A stretch of DNA of 64,000 nucleotides from Mobula hypostoma (lineage: Eukaryota). The first letter of the stretch is position 1; each line of letters opens with the position of its first letter. A program made the position numbers and the translations under genes. Of the stretch, positions 11,806 to 24,254 are shown one piece after another. The notes under the pieces were generated by a model. The model saw only the letters and a program-made list of their open reading frames with translations. It made no database searches and had not been told where the DNA came from. The stretch is taken from NCBI RefSeq assembly GCF_963921235.1, contig NC_086106.1, positions 71,114,001-71,178,000 of the forward strand. The letters run 5' to 3'.

Positions 11806-14800
11806 GACATAGAAACATAGAAAATATGTGCAGAAGTAGGCCATTTGGCCCTTCGACCCTGCACCACCATTCACTATGATCACGACTGATCATCCAGCTC
11901 AGAACCCTGTACCTGCCTTCTCTCCATACCCCCTGATCCCTTTAGACACAAGGGCCATATCTAACTCCCTCTTAAATATAGCCAATGAACTGGCCTCAAC
12001 TGTTTCCTGTGGCAGAGAATTCCACAGATTCACCACTCTGTGTGAAGAAGTTTTTCCTCATCTCGGTCCTAAAAGGCTTCCCCTTTATCCTCAAACTGTG
12101 ACCCCTGGTTCTGGACTTCCCCAACGTCAGGAACAATCTTCCTACATCTAGCCTGTCCAATCCCTTTAGAATTTTATACGTTTCAATAAGATCCCGCCTC
12201 AATCTTCTAAATTCCAGAGAATATAAGCCTAGTCAATCCAATCTTCCATCATATGAAAGTCCTGCCATCCCAGGAATCAATATGGTGAACCTTTTCTGTA
12301 CTCCCTCTATGTCAAGAATGTCTTTCCTCAGATTAGGGGACCAAAACTGCACACAATACCCCAGGTGTGGTCTCACCAAGGCCTTGTACAACTGCAGTAG
12401 TACCTCCCTGCTCCTGTACTCGAATCCTCTCGCTATAAATGCCAGCATACCATTCGCCTTTTTCACCGCCTGCTGTACCTGCATGCCCACTTTCAATAAC
12501 TGGTGTACAATGACACCCAGGTCTCATTGCACCTCCCCTTTTCCTAATCGGCCACCATTCAGATAATAATCTGTTTTCCTGTTCTTGCCACCAAAGTGTA
12601 TAACCTCACATTTATCCACATTAAATTGCATCTGCCATGAATTTGCCCACTCATCTAACCTATCCAAGTCACCCTGCATCCTCTTAGCATCCTCCTCACA
12701 GCTAACACTGCCACCCAGCTTCGTGTCATCCGCAAACTTGGAGATGCTGCATTTAATTCCCTCATCTAAATCATTAATATATATCGTAAACAACTGGGGT
12801 CCCAGCACTGAGCCTTGTGGTACCCCACTAGTCACTACCTGCCATTCTGAAAAGGTCCCGTCTATTTCCACTCTTTGCTTCCTGTCTGCCGACCAATTCT
12901 CTATCCACGTCAATACCATACCACCAATACCGTGTGCTTTAAGTTTGCACACTAATCTCCTGTGTGGGACCTTGTCAAAAGCCTTTTGAAAATCCAAATA
13001 TACCACATCCACTGGTTCTCCCCTATCCACTCTCTACTAGTTACATCCTCAAAAAATTCTATGAGATTCGTCAGACATGATTTTCCTTTCACAAATCCAT
13101 GCTGACTTTGTCCGATCATTTCACCGCTTTCCAAATGTGCTGTTATCACACCTTTGATAACTGACTCTAGCATCTTCCCCACCACCGATGTCAGGCTTAC
13201 CGGTCTATAATTCCCCAGTTCCTCTTTCCCTCCTTTTTTAAAAAGCAGGGTTACATTAGCCATCCTCCAATCCTCTGGAACTAATCCAGAATCTAAAAAG
13301 TTTTGAAAAATTATCACTAATGCATCCACTATTTCTTGGGCTACTTCTTTAAGCACTCTGAGATGCAGACCATCTGGCCCTGGGGATTTATCTGCTTTTA
13401 ATTCCTTCAATTTACCTAACACCACTTCCCTACTAACATGTATTTCCCTCAGTTCCTCCATCTCACTAGAACCTCGGTCCCCTATTTCCGAAAAATTACT
13501 TATGTCCTCCTTAGTGAAGATAGAACCAAAGTAGTTATTCAATTGGTCTGCCATGTCCTTGTTCCCCATGATCAATTCACCTGTTTCTGACTGTAAGGGA
13601 CCTATATTTGCCTTAACCAATCTTTTTCTTTTCACATATCTATAAAACCTTTTACAGTCAGTTTTTATGTTCCCTGCCAGCTTTCTCTCATAATCTTTTT
13701 TCCCTTTCCTAATTAAGCCCTTTGTCCTCCTCTGCACGACTCTGAATTTCTCCCAGTCCTCAGGTGTGCCGCTTTTTTCTGGCCAATTTGTATGTTTCTT
13801 GTTTGGAATTGATACTATCCCTAATTGTCCCTGGTTTATTCTTTTGTCAAACGGGGATGAACAATTGTTGTAGTTCATCCATGCGATCTTTAAATGCTTG
13901 CCATTGCATATCCACCGTCAACCCTTTAAGAATTATTTGCCAGTCTATCTTAGCTAATTCACGTCTCATACCTTCAGAGTTACCCTTCTTTAAGTTCAGA
14001 ACCTTTGTTTCTGAATTAACTATATCACTCTCCATCTTAATGAAGAATTCCACCATATTATGGTCACTCTTACCCTAGGGGCCTCGCATGACAAGATTGC
14101 TAACTAACCCTTCTTCATTGCTCAATACTCAGTCTAGAATAGCCTGCTCTCTAGTTGGTTCCTCGACATGTTGGTTCAGAAAACCATCCCGCATACATTC
14201 CAAGAAATCTTCTTCCTCAGCATCCTTACCAATTTGGTTCACTCAATCTATATGTAGATTGAAGTCACCCATTATAACTGCTGTTCCTTTATTGCACACA
14301 TTTCTAATTTCCTGTTTAATGCCATCCCCAACCTCACTCCTACTGTAGGTGGCCAGTACACAACACTCACCAGCGTTTTCTGCCCCTTAGCGTTATGCAG
14401 CTCTACCCATATCGATTCCACATCCTCCCGGCTTCCTTTCTATTGTGTTAATCTCCTCTCTAACCATCAATGCAACCCACCTCCTTTTCTTTCATGTCTA
14501 TCCCTCCTGAATATTGAATATCCCTGAATGTTGAGCTCCCATCCTTGGTCACCCTGCAGCCATGTCACTGTGATCCCAACTATATCATATTCATTAATAA
14601 CTATCTGCACATTTAATTCATCCACCTTGTTACAAATGCTCCTTGTATTGACACACAAAGCCTTCAGGCTTGCTTTTATAACACTCTTAGACCTTATACA
14701 ATTATGTTGAAAAGTGGCCCTTTTTGATTTTTGCCCTGGATTTGCCGGCCTGCCAGTTTTACTTTTCACCTTATTACTTTTTGCTTCTACCCTCATTTTA

Positions 14801-14869
14801 CACCCCTCTGTCTCTCTGCACTTGTTCCCATCCCCCTGCCACATTAGTTTAAATCCTCCTGAACAACAG
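11806..14869 (-). mobile_element. CR1 LINE: end of ORF1 plus frameshifted ORF2 (APE and RT)
   Basis: APE start (CVNTRSICNKVDEL, IVGITVTWL). RT motifs NYRPVSLTSVVGK, GVPQGSVLGP, FADDTK. (CTATGTTT)n-type tail at 11806-11823. Confidence 0.95.
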
Positions 14870-15392
14870 TACCAGCAACCACACTCAAACCCAGCGCCAC
14901 TTATATTCCCAGCCTCATGATGAGCATCAGGTGCCTACGATTAAGCCCAACTGAAATAAGGGACAGCCGAAACACCCAGAGTCCGGCATCTAGGACCAGA
15001 CTGTGAACTGGAACGCGGACTTCATGGACTGGACCATGACAAGAATATAGTTGAATGTCTTTCTTTCACCCGTGTGCAAACAAGCACACACACACTTATA
15101 ACCACACACCCTAATTTATTAAAGCAAATCTTGGATGGAGTGTTTAATTCAATATTATCTAGCCATAGGCATTTTTTTCTAAGGACATATGAAAACGAAT
15201 GTCATAATTATACTCTTCCTCCATCTCATCCCACACTTCAGCTTATACTCCTTAAAATGAAACAGTATCTGAAGAACCCCACAAATGGTATTTTCTACAA
15301 AAAGTGTGGAAACATCTGATCAAATTGCTGATACGACTTTCTATCAAGTAAAAATTGTGTATGCCAATTAGGAAAATTGGTTCAGCACTCAC

Positions 15393-15474
15393 TGGTTTAG
15401 AAATATCAGGCATCTCTCTCACTTTAGCTGGTATAGCCAGACAATGCATAGACATCAGCATAGTGCATGAATTT
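15393..15474 (-). CDS. Low-confidence candidate exon
   Basis: Acceptor ATATTTTTCAG, donor GTGAGT. Open frame NSCTMLMSMHCLAIPAKVREMPDISKP. Confidence 0.2.
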
Positions 15475-16471
15475 CTGAAAAATATTATATATTCCATTAT
15501 AGCAGGGTTTGGTGCTAAGAACAGATATTCTGTCAAAACTACACTAATAGGTCCATCCTTCATCACTAGATAAAATTGGGATTCAACCAAACAACAGTAA
15601 TTGTCTTTTAAATGCTTCCTCTGTCTTTGAAAGGCTTAATCAGTGGTTTTCATTCTTATCAAACTTTTATAACGTTTTCTAAGATTTTACTGGACTATCT
15701 TGGACTACCACCCATTAGGAGACTTAGTTCCATGGCAAGTCATGAACAACTCATCCCCATCTCAGTGATTTCCACATCAGCACCTTGATGTGGATACTGA
15801 CTAGCAACTTCTTTTAATGCAGGTATGTTCATTGTTAAAACAATGTATACTTCTGTCAATACGATTATAACTACCTCCAGTAAAAATAATAATTCAAGTG
15901 AATGAAATAACCACTTTATGATCTATACCATATGTCACAATTTCAAAAGCTTTAAGCTTGATACAATAATTAACATTTTGCACTGGTGACACAACTTTTG
16001 TGTTAATCATAATGTATTTGCTCATTACCATGTCTGTTCTTCTTCCTGTAAAAATGTGGTAATGCAGCACAACCGGTGCACATATCTTTATTTATCTACT
16101 AGCTGTTAAGAAACTATAATATTGCATTAAAATTTAATACTTAATTTCAAAGTTCAAAGTTCAATGAGAATCTATTGCTTCAGAGTTTCATATATATATC
16201 ATACTACTTATTACTTCAATGGTAATTAAATGACTACAAATTTGCTAAGCAGAAGTGAAATAAAGCAATTAGTAATATTAGCTAAATGCACTTTTAAAGA
16301 GAGTGCAGGATAAAAAGTTATATATAAATAAAAAAAATTATAATCAGGTCAATAAGTGTAACAGTAAGTATTTAGTGCTAAATTTCATAAAATTAATGCT
16401 GAAGCTTTATGGGCCTACTGGCCACCATTCTACTTGAAGCATTTCAGAACCTTTGGTGTACAAAGTGGATA

Positions 16472-17262
16472 TTTCAAATGGTTCAGAAGGTTGAAATGGA
16501 TTAATTTACATCAGAGAATTTACACAGTATACAACCTGAAATTTTTACACTTCACATAATCTACAAAACAAGAAACCCCACAGAATGAATGACAGAAATA
16601 TCAGAACTCCGAAGATCCTCTCTCTCCCCTCCCACACACAAGCACCAGCAGAAGCACTGACCTCCCACTCACCGCCTGCCCACCAATAGCAAAAGCTACC
16701 TAAAGAGACTTTAATCTAGATTCTATCAAAATCTTCAGTCCATAACCTAGCACTTCGGTATCTCAGACCGGCTCTCTCTCCCCATTTAGGGAGAGACAGG
16801 TCACTCCAGCAACAACAACGAGAGCAGAGACCAACAGCTTGCTGTACGAACATTGCAGTCTTCAAGACCTTCAGCCCGGGAACCGACAGGCTCTCAGTCT
16901 CCATCAGGAGAGAGAGAGCGGGTTCGTTCAAGTACAGAAGCCTTCTTCTGACAGCGGCACAGACCGTCTGCTGTCTCAAATGATGCTTCAGTCAGGAACC
17001 GGGTTGTCTTTGGGGCCACTCCTTGAAGGCGCACATCTTCCAGGCCATTCCTGGAGGTAGCAAAGCGCCAGGCTACACAGCGGACTGAAAACCCACTGCC
17101 TGTGAAGAACTGCAGTTTGAACTGTACATCATGGACTCCAACAGAACCCCAACCACCTGGAAAAGAAAAGAAAAGAAGATTAAGTTGTTTCACGGACAAG
17201 GTGGAACAAGTCATCTGGGTCTGCAGAAAACCACTGGTACATCTGAAATCACCGGCACCATT
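16472..17262 (-). mobile_element. Non-autonomous retroposon (Rex-tail family), copy B
   Basis: 5' segment TTTTCCAGGTGGTTGGGGTTCTGT matches ~36743-36766. 3' segment GGTTGTATACTG..TTCTCTGAT..AACCATTTGAA matches ~37465-37511. Confidence 0.7.
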
Positions 17263-17419
17263 CAGTTTTCCAAATGTAGGTATTTCTAGTGAGACCAGCA
17301 TTTGTTTGTCATTCCTAGTTGTCCTAGAAAAGGTGATTCTGAGCAATATTTTTGAAGAAGTACAGTTTTTCACCATGGAGGGATCCCCATATTATTGCTG
17401 GGTAGGGAATTAAATGATA

Positions 17420-18180
17420 TATGGTGAACAAATAACGGTGATATATTTCCAAGTCAATGTTATATGAGACATTGGGAGGGGATATGGGGAGTTACCTGCA
17501 ACTATGGTGATCCTATGTTCTTTCAATCCTTGTTCTTTTTAGTGCTATATTTTGCAGGCTTGGAACAATTTGCTGGATCAACCACAGTGAATAAATGCTG
17601 TGTCTTTTGTAATTGGTGCCCATTTTGAATTTGGTGCAGTGTTAGTGAAGCTTCTGAATTTTTACAATGATGAATGAGGTGTCAATCTAGCTGGTTGTTT
17701 TGACCTGAATGGAGGAGAGCATCTCCAGTGCTAGTGGAGATTTATTGGAATTGTCCTAATGATAAGCAATTAAGCAGAATGATGACAGAAGATGAGTGCT
17801 TTCCAACCAAAGCAGAGGCTAAGGGATAATTTGAAAGAAATGTTCAATATGAATAAGGAAAAGCTATCTCCAGTAGCATAAAGCCAAGAAGCTGAAGCAT
17901 ACAAATTAAATGTAATTGCACAAAGTTTTAAAATACAGAAGCAATATGAGGATAGAGAAGTTTAGGGAAGCAACTGTTATAATAGAGAATACTTTGATAG
18001 ATATTGTGGAGGAAATATATTCAGGAGTAATTTAAAAGAATAGAATTTGATTTTAAACAATTCAAGGGAAAAAAAAATCAAGGAAATTCTGCTCATTTGT
18101 TAACTCTTTCAGCACAATGCTCTGATTGACCTCCTTTGGTTCTGCTTCTGTGATGTAATGACTCTATAGAATTACAGAGG
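17420..18180. mobile_element. Ancient, highly decayed LINE fragments (CR1-group)
   Basis: 17420-17750 resembles an old antisense shark LINE segment (recalled, not aligned). 17800-18180 resembles the CR1 3' ends elsewhere in the window (AGAGGCTAAGGGATAATTTGA...GACTCTA). Confidence 0.4.
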
Positions 18181-18311
18181 ACATTATGAATGAAGGTCTC
18201 TTGTCCGGATTTTAATCTCAATCTTAGAATATGGAAACTGTTCATTTGAATTTGTCTTTATCAGCAACGACATACAGCTCCTCATGTAGTTAAAGCACAA
18301 ATATAATTCAT

Positions 18312-20723
18312 AAAGAAGAGGATATCTGCAGAAGCTGGTAATCAAAGCAATACACAAAAAATGGTGGAGGAACTCAGTTGACAGACAGTATCTATGGAAA
18401 AGAATGAACAGCCAAAGTTTTGGGTCAAGACCCTTCAACTGGACTGGGAAAAAAAGATTAGAAGTCAGAATAAGAAGGTGGGGGAATGGGAGGAAAAAAT
18501 GCAAACCAGTAGCTGATAGGTGAAACCAAGAGAGGAGGTGGGATTAAGTAAAGAGCTGATAAGTCAATTGGTGAAAGAGATACATTGCTGGAGAAGGGGT
18601 AATCTGATAGGAGAAGACAAAAGGCAGGGGATGAGCACCAGGGGAGGTGAATGGCAGCTGAGGAAACAAGTAGAGAGAAAAAAATAGAAATGGATAATGT
18701 TGAAGAGAGAGAAATTACCAGAAGTTTGAGAGATCTATGTTCATGCCATCAGATTGGAGGCTGTCCAGAAAGAGTATAAGGTGTTGTTTCTCCAACCTGA
18801 GTGTGACCTCATCATGGCAGTAGAGGAGGCCATGGACTGACATGACAGAATAGGAGTGGGAACTGGAAATGAAATGGATGGCTACCAGGATATGCCGACC
18901 TTTCTGGCAGATGGAGTGTAGGTGCTTCACACTCTCTTGATCTTTTCAATGACTTCAAGTTCTCTGGCCCTGATCATCCCATTTTCACTATGGATGCCTA
19001 GACCACTTATACCTCCATCCCCCATCAGGAAGGCCACAAAGCTCTCCACTTCTTTCTGGATATCAGATTCAATCAGTTCCTCTCCACCACTCCTCTCCTT
19101 CTCCTGGTAGAACTGGACCTCGGTCTCAATAGTTTCTCCTTTGGCTCCTCCTACTTTCTTCAAACAAAAGGTGTAGCCATGGGCACTCGTGTAGGTCACA
19201 GCTATGCCTGCCTTTTGGTTGTCTATGTAGAACTGTCTATGTTCCAAGCCTACGCCAGTATCGCTCCCCAACTTTTCCTACGCTACATCGATAATGGCAT
19301 TAGTGCTGCTTCTTGAACCCACGCCAAGCTCATCGACTTCATCAACTTTGATTCCAACTTCTATCCAGCCCTCAAATATACCTGGTCCAATTCCAACACA
19401 TCCCTCCCATTTCTTAATCTCTCTGTGTCAATCTCTGGAGGTAGTCTATCTGCTGATATATTTTATAAACCCATTTATTCTCATAGCTACTGTACCTGGA
19501 CTATACTTCTTCCCACCCTGTCACTTCTAAAAATGGCTTTCCATTCTCTTAATTCCTCAGTCTCTGCCACATCTGCTCTCAGCATGAGGCTTTTCATTCC
19601 TGAACTAATGGGATGTCCTTCTTCTTCAAAGAAAGGGGTTTTCCTTCCTCCACCATCAATGCTACTCTCACTTGTATTTCTTCTATTTGGTGCACATCTG
19701 CTCTCACCCCATCCACATGCCACCCCACAAGGGATAAGGTTCCTCATGTCCTCACCTATCAGTTCACCAACCTTCATGTCTAGCACATAATTCTCCATAA
19801 CTTCTGCCATCTCCAGTGGGATCACACCACTAGGCATATCTATCCCTGCCCCCTCTCCCACTTTCTGCTTTCCACAGGGATCACTCCTTAGGTGACTCCC
19901 TTGTCCATTTGACCCTCCCCACTGATCTCCCTCCTGGTGCTCATCCTTGCGAGCAAAACAAGTGTTACACCTGACTCTACACCTCCTTCCTCACTACCAT
20001 TCAGGATCCCAAGCTATCCTTCCAGGTAAGGCAACCTGAAAGTCTGTTGGGGTCATCTACTGTATCCAGTGCCCCTGCTGTGGCCGCCTGTATATCGGTG
20101 AGACCCAACATATAATGGGTGACCACTTTGCTAAGCACCTATACTCCGTCCACCTGAAAAAGTGAGATCTCTCAGTGGCCACCCATTTCAATTCTACTGC
20201 CCATTCTCATTCCGACATGTCAATCCATAGCCTCCTCTACTGCTGTGATGAGGCCATACACAGGTTGGAGGAGCAAAACCTTATATTCTGCCTGGATAAC
20301 CTCCAATCTGATGGCATAAACATTGATTTCTCTAGCTTCCAATAATTGCCCCTTCGCTCCTTCACCATTCCCCATTCCCATCGCCGTCTCTCACCTTATC
20401 TCCTCAGCTGCCCATCATCACCTTCTGCTGCTCCACCCCTTCCCTTCCTTCTAAGTCCTTTTGTCCTTTCTATTCAAATTCTCCCTTCTCCAGCCCTTTA
20501 TTTCTTTCACCAATTAACTTCCTCTCTTCACTTCACCCCTTCCACTTCCCAGTTTCACCTATCACCTACTACATTGTGCTTCTTCCTCCCCTTCTTACTC
20601 TGACTTCTCATCTTGTTTTTCCAGTCCTGATGAAGGGTCTCAGCCCAAAACGTCAACTGTTTACTCTTTTCCATAGATGCTGCCTGGCCTGCTGGGTTCC
20701 TTCTGCACTTTTGTGTTCATTAG
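18312..20723. mobile_element. Penelope-like element with inverted pLTR architecture
   Basis: Minus arm 18312-18925 holds the endonuclease end, pLTR and tail. Plus arm 18925-20723 holds RT (GVAMGT..G.SYACL; RYIDN), GIY-YIG (CGRLYIGET) and pLTR. 10-bp TSD TATAATTCAT (18302-18311, 20724-20733). Confidence 0.9.
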
Positions 20724-22704
20724 TATAATTCATTTGCTGTTTACATGAAATATTTTCTTGAAGGAGTAGACTTGAAGAGATCAAGCAAACCCTGGTTGTT
20801 TTTGCATGTGTCTCAATAGATTCTTAATTTCCAGAAAAATCAATTGAAGAATTACAGACTTATAAGGAAATTAAAAAAAAGCTCCAAAAAAGTTTGTATT
20901 GTTTATTCAAGGGCTCTATGCATTCTACTTTTGGAACTTTCTATACACTTTGCTGCACATGGCACACTTTTTATAAGGGTGACAGCCTTTAAGTAACAAT
21001 TCTTGTTCACAATCAATATTTATATATTCTGCACCACCAAGATATATCTCATCAGATTTTTCTCAATTAATTTTTAACAAGCACATAAATAATAAACAGA
21101 CTGTGTTAATGTGTGTCAATAGTGGTGAACTTACAGCCAAATTAAAATGAAACACCGATCTCTGGAAATGACAAACAGGAGAAAATCCTGCAGATGCTGG
21201 AAATTCAAAGCAACGCACACAAATTGTCGGAGGAACTCAGAAGGGCAGGCAGCATCTATGGAAAAGAATAAACTGTCAACATTTCGGGCCGAAATCCTTC
21301 ACCAGGACTGGAAAGAAAGGGGAAAAGTCAGAATAAGATGGTGTGGGGAGGGGAGGAAGTTGTTCAAGGTGGCAGGTGGTAAGTGAAACAGGGAGGGGCG
21401 AGGGGTGAAGTGAAGAGGTGGGAAGTTGATTGGTGAGAGAGATAAAGGGCTGGAAAAGGGGATATCTGATAGCAGAGGACAGATGATCATGGAAGAAAGG
21501 GAAGTGGTGGACAGTTCAAAGGGAAGGTGTGAGATAGAAACAAGAAGGGGAATGCTGAAAGGTTTGGGGGGTAATTACCAGAAGTTTCAGAAATTGAAGT
21601 TTATGCCATCAGGTAGGACGCTTTCCAGTCAGAATATAAGGTGTTGCCCTGCAACCTGAGTGTGGCCTCACACAGCAGCACAAGGGGATATAGACTAACA
21701 TGTCGGAATGGGAATGGGAAGTAGAATTGAAATGGGTGGCCACCAGAAAATCCTGCGGTTTGGGGCAGATGGAGAGAAGATGCTTGATGAAGCAGTCTCT
21801 GAATCTACGTTGCAGTTCACCAATATGTAGGAGGCCACACCAAGCAGCACTGAACACAGTAAATGACACCCCCACCCCCCAACAGATTCACAGGTGAAGT
21901 GCCACTTCATCTGGAAGGACTTTTTGGGGTCCTGATTTGTAGTGATGGAGAAGGTGTAGAGGCAGGTGTGGTACTTGTTCCATTTGCAAGGATAATTGCC
22001 AGGAGGGTGATCAGTGGGGAGGGGAGAATGGACCAGGGTCTCGCGTAGGGAGTGATCCCTGCAGAGAACGGAGAGAAAGGTGTGCTTGGTGGTGGAATTC
22101 CGTTGGAGATAGCAGAAGTTATGCAGAATTATGCGCTGGATGGGGAGGCTGGTGGGGTGGTTGGTGAGGACAAGAGGAACCCTAATCATGGTGTGGCGGT
22201 GGAAAGATGGGTTGAGAGCAGATGTGTACAAAATGGAAGAGATGCGGGTAAGGGCAGAGTAGAGGAAGGAAAACCCCTTTCTTTAAAGAAGGAAGACACC
22301 TCAGTTGTTCTGGAATGAAAAACCTCATCCTGAGAGCAAATGTGGCAGAGACAACTGAGAAAAGGGGATGGTTATTTTACAAGTGGCAGGGTGGGAAGAG
22401 GTATAGTCCAGATAGCTGTGAGTTTACAAAAGATATCAGTAAATAAAATGTCTCCAGAGATGGAGACAGTGTGAGAAAGGGAGAGAGTTGTCAGAAATAG
22501 ACATAGTAAATTTGAGGGCAGGGTAGAAGTTGCAGGCAAAGTTAATGAAATTGATGAGCTCAGCATAGGTGCAGGAAGCAGCACTAATGCAGGCATCAAC
22601 ATCGCATAGGAAGATTTGGGAAGCGATGCTGGTATGGGCTTGGACTGTTCCATGCAACTGACAAAAAGACAGGGACAGCTAGGACCCATGCACACGCCCA
22701 TGGC

Positions 22705-22801
22705 TACACACATCAAAGTTGCTGGTGAACGCAGCAGGCCAGGCAGCATCTATAGGAAGAGGCGCAGTCGACGTTTCAGGCCGAGACCCTTCGTCAGGAC
22801 T
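22705..22801 (-). mobile_element. PLE mini-element single arm inserted in the RT of an older PLE
   Basis: ACACACATCAAAGTTGCTGGTGAACGCAGCAGGCC...CGTCAGGACT interrupts the GVAMG-coding segment, with CTACAC microhomology at the left junction. Confidence 0.85.
22766..22801 (-). ncRNA. Minimal type I hammerhead ribozyme motif (intact core)
   Basis: Sense AGTC-CTGACGA-AGGGTCTCGGCCT-GAAAC-GTC-GACT: stem I AGUC/GACU, CUGANGA, stem II AGG/CCU, GAAA, GUC cleavage triplet. Confidence 0.8.
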
Positions 22802-23489
22802 TTGGATTTGAAGGAAGTGGGTGGAGTCAACAGGAAAATTGTTAAGGGTGGGGCAAAATGGTTGGTCCTGATACCCAGAAAGAAGCAGAAATGTTTAAGG
22901 CCCTCCTCATGGGGGATAGAAATGTATAAGGACTGGACATCCATTGTGAAAATGAGATGCTCAGGCCCAGGGAACTTAAAGTCATTGAAAAGATCAAGAG
23001 TGTGTGAAGTGTCATGGATGTAGGTAGGAAGGGACTGAGCCAAAAGGGATAAAACAGTGTTGAGGTATGCAGACATAATTTCCGTGGAGCAGGAGCAGAC
23101 AGAAACAATGGGTCTACCTGGACAGTCAGGTTTGTGGTTCGTGGGTAGGAAGTAGAAACAGGAGGTGTGAGGTAAGGGCACTAGGATGTTGGTGGCAGTG
23201 GATGGGAAAACCTCAGCGTCAATGAGATCGGTGAAGCTGATGGTAAGAGGAACTTTCTGAGCTTGTCGTCTGGCCTCAACAAGGTAAAGGTCAGTCCGCC
23301 AGATGACTACAGCACAGCCCTTCTCTATGGGTTTGACAGTGAGGTTGTGATTAGTGCAGAGAGAGTAAAGAGCAGTGAGGTCAAGGGAGTAAGGTTAGAA
23401 TTGGAGAGAGGGGTAATTTGGAAAAATATGCAAATATGAGCAAGCATTTTAATTAAAATAATCCAGTTTACTTCTAATGATTAAGTTGC

Positions 23490-23772
23490 AGAGCCTGTCA
23501 TCTTCTTATTTTGTTTTAAGTTCCATCATTTGATTGAGCTGTTACACGAAGGCCCAGTCTGTTCTAGCACATGAATCTAAAAGATCCCATGGCACTGTTT
23601 GAAGATGATTTCTCCTGTGGTCCTAGTTGACATTTCTCCCTCAATCAAATATAAAACAGATGATCTAATCAGTCATTTCTTTGCAGATTCTGGCAGCCTG
23701 CAGGAGGCAAATTGACTATACAGATCCCCTAAGGTTACCAAAGGTGCTATATAATTGTGAGCTTTCTTTTCC
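23490..23772 (+). mobile_element. Ancient DeuSINE (SacSINE1/AmnSINE-like) remnant
   Basis: Deu-core AAAGATCCCATGGCACT at ~23581, then TGTGGTCCT..ATTTCTCCCTCAA..AAAACAGAT..GCAAATTG and an L2-type end AAGGTGCTATATAATTG..CTTTCTTT. Confidence 0.7.
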
Positions 23773-24254
23773 CCTTTATTTATCCAAATTACTAAAACAT
23801 TTTTCTGTAATGCAATTAAACTTGGGATAGACAAATTTATGGGTGTTTGTAGCTGAATTACAACCCTTCTAACTTTTGTGCACATATAAGTCAATTTGTA
23901 GAGTTGCTGAGTTGGTTCGGTGATAATGCAGAATCTCTTTTCATTACAACGTTTCCTTTCGCAAGCTAAGGAGGATCCACATTAAAAGAGACACTTCATG
24001 GATAATTTGAGAAGCGGCTTAAATATTTTAACTTCTGGTTTTGTTTGGTTTCTCTTTCTACTCAGAGAATAAATTATTCTTTCTTACTACTCAACTTTGA
24101 ACGTAACCCTATCAGTGCTGACAGCTGCTATGCCCAGCTTATGCTCATGTGCAGTTATTTTGTTCTTATTGAAACATCCAGTTAGAAGTTTCTTGTTGCT
24201 CCAGCTATGAAAACTGACAAATACATATTTTGCTTTTCAATCTAATCTACTTTA

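Larger units (their letters stand above)
10988..15041 (-). mobile_element. Solo LTR (~990 bp, Gypsy-like) split by a CR1 insertion
   Basis: Perfect TGTCAT...ATGACA termini. 5-bp TSD AGAAT (10983-10987, 15042-15046). TATAA on the minus strand near 14900. LTR halves are 10988-11805 and ~14870-15041. Confidence 0.85.
21168..23415 (-). mobile_element. Penelope-like element (RT, GIY-YIG, pLTR), degenerate, with a nested mini-element
   Basis: HKPDCPGRPIVS, FTMDVQSLYISIPH, AMGVCMGPS, CGLLHIGELQRRFRDCFIKH. pLTR and tail at 21168-21320. Confidence 0.9.

Noticed and set aside
15683-15823. Plus-strand segment between TTTTCTAAG and CAG|GTATGT
   Set aside because: All three frames contain stops.
16029-16045. 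17-nt minus-strand micro-exon candidate
   Set aside because: Joining to the 15474 candidate gives a stop in every phase.
16894-17376. 160-aa minus-strand ORF
   Set aside because: It runs across a retroposon boundary and has no motifs.
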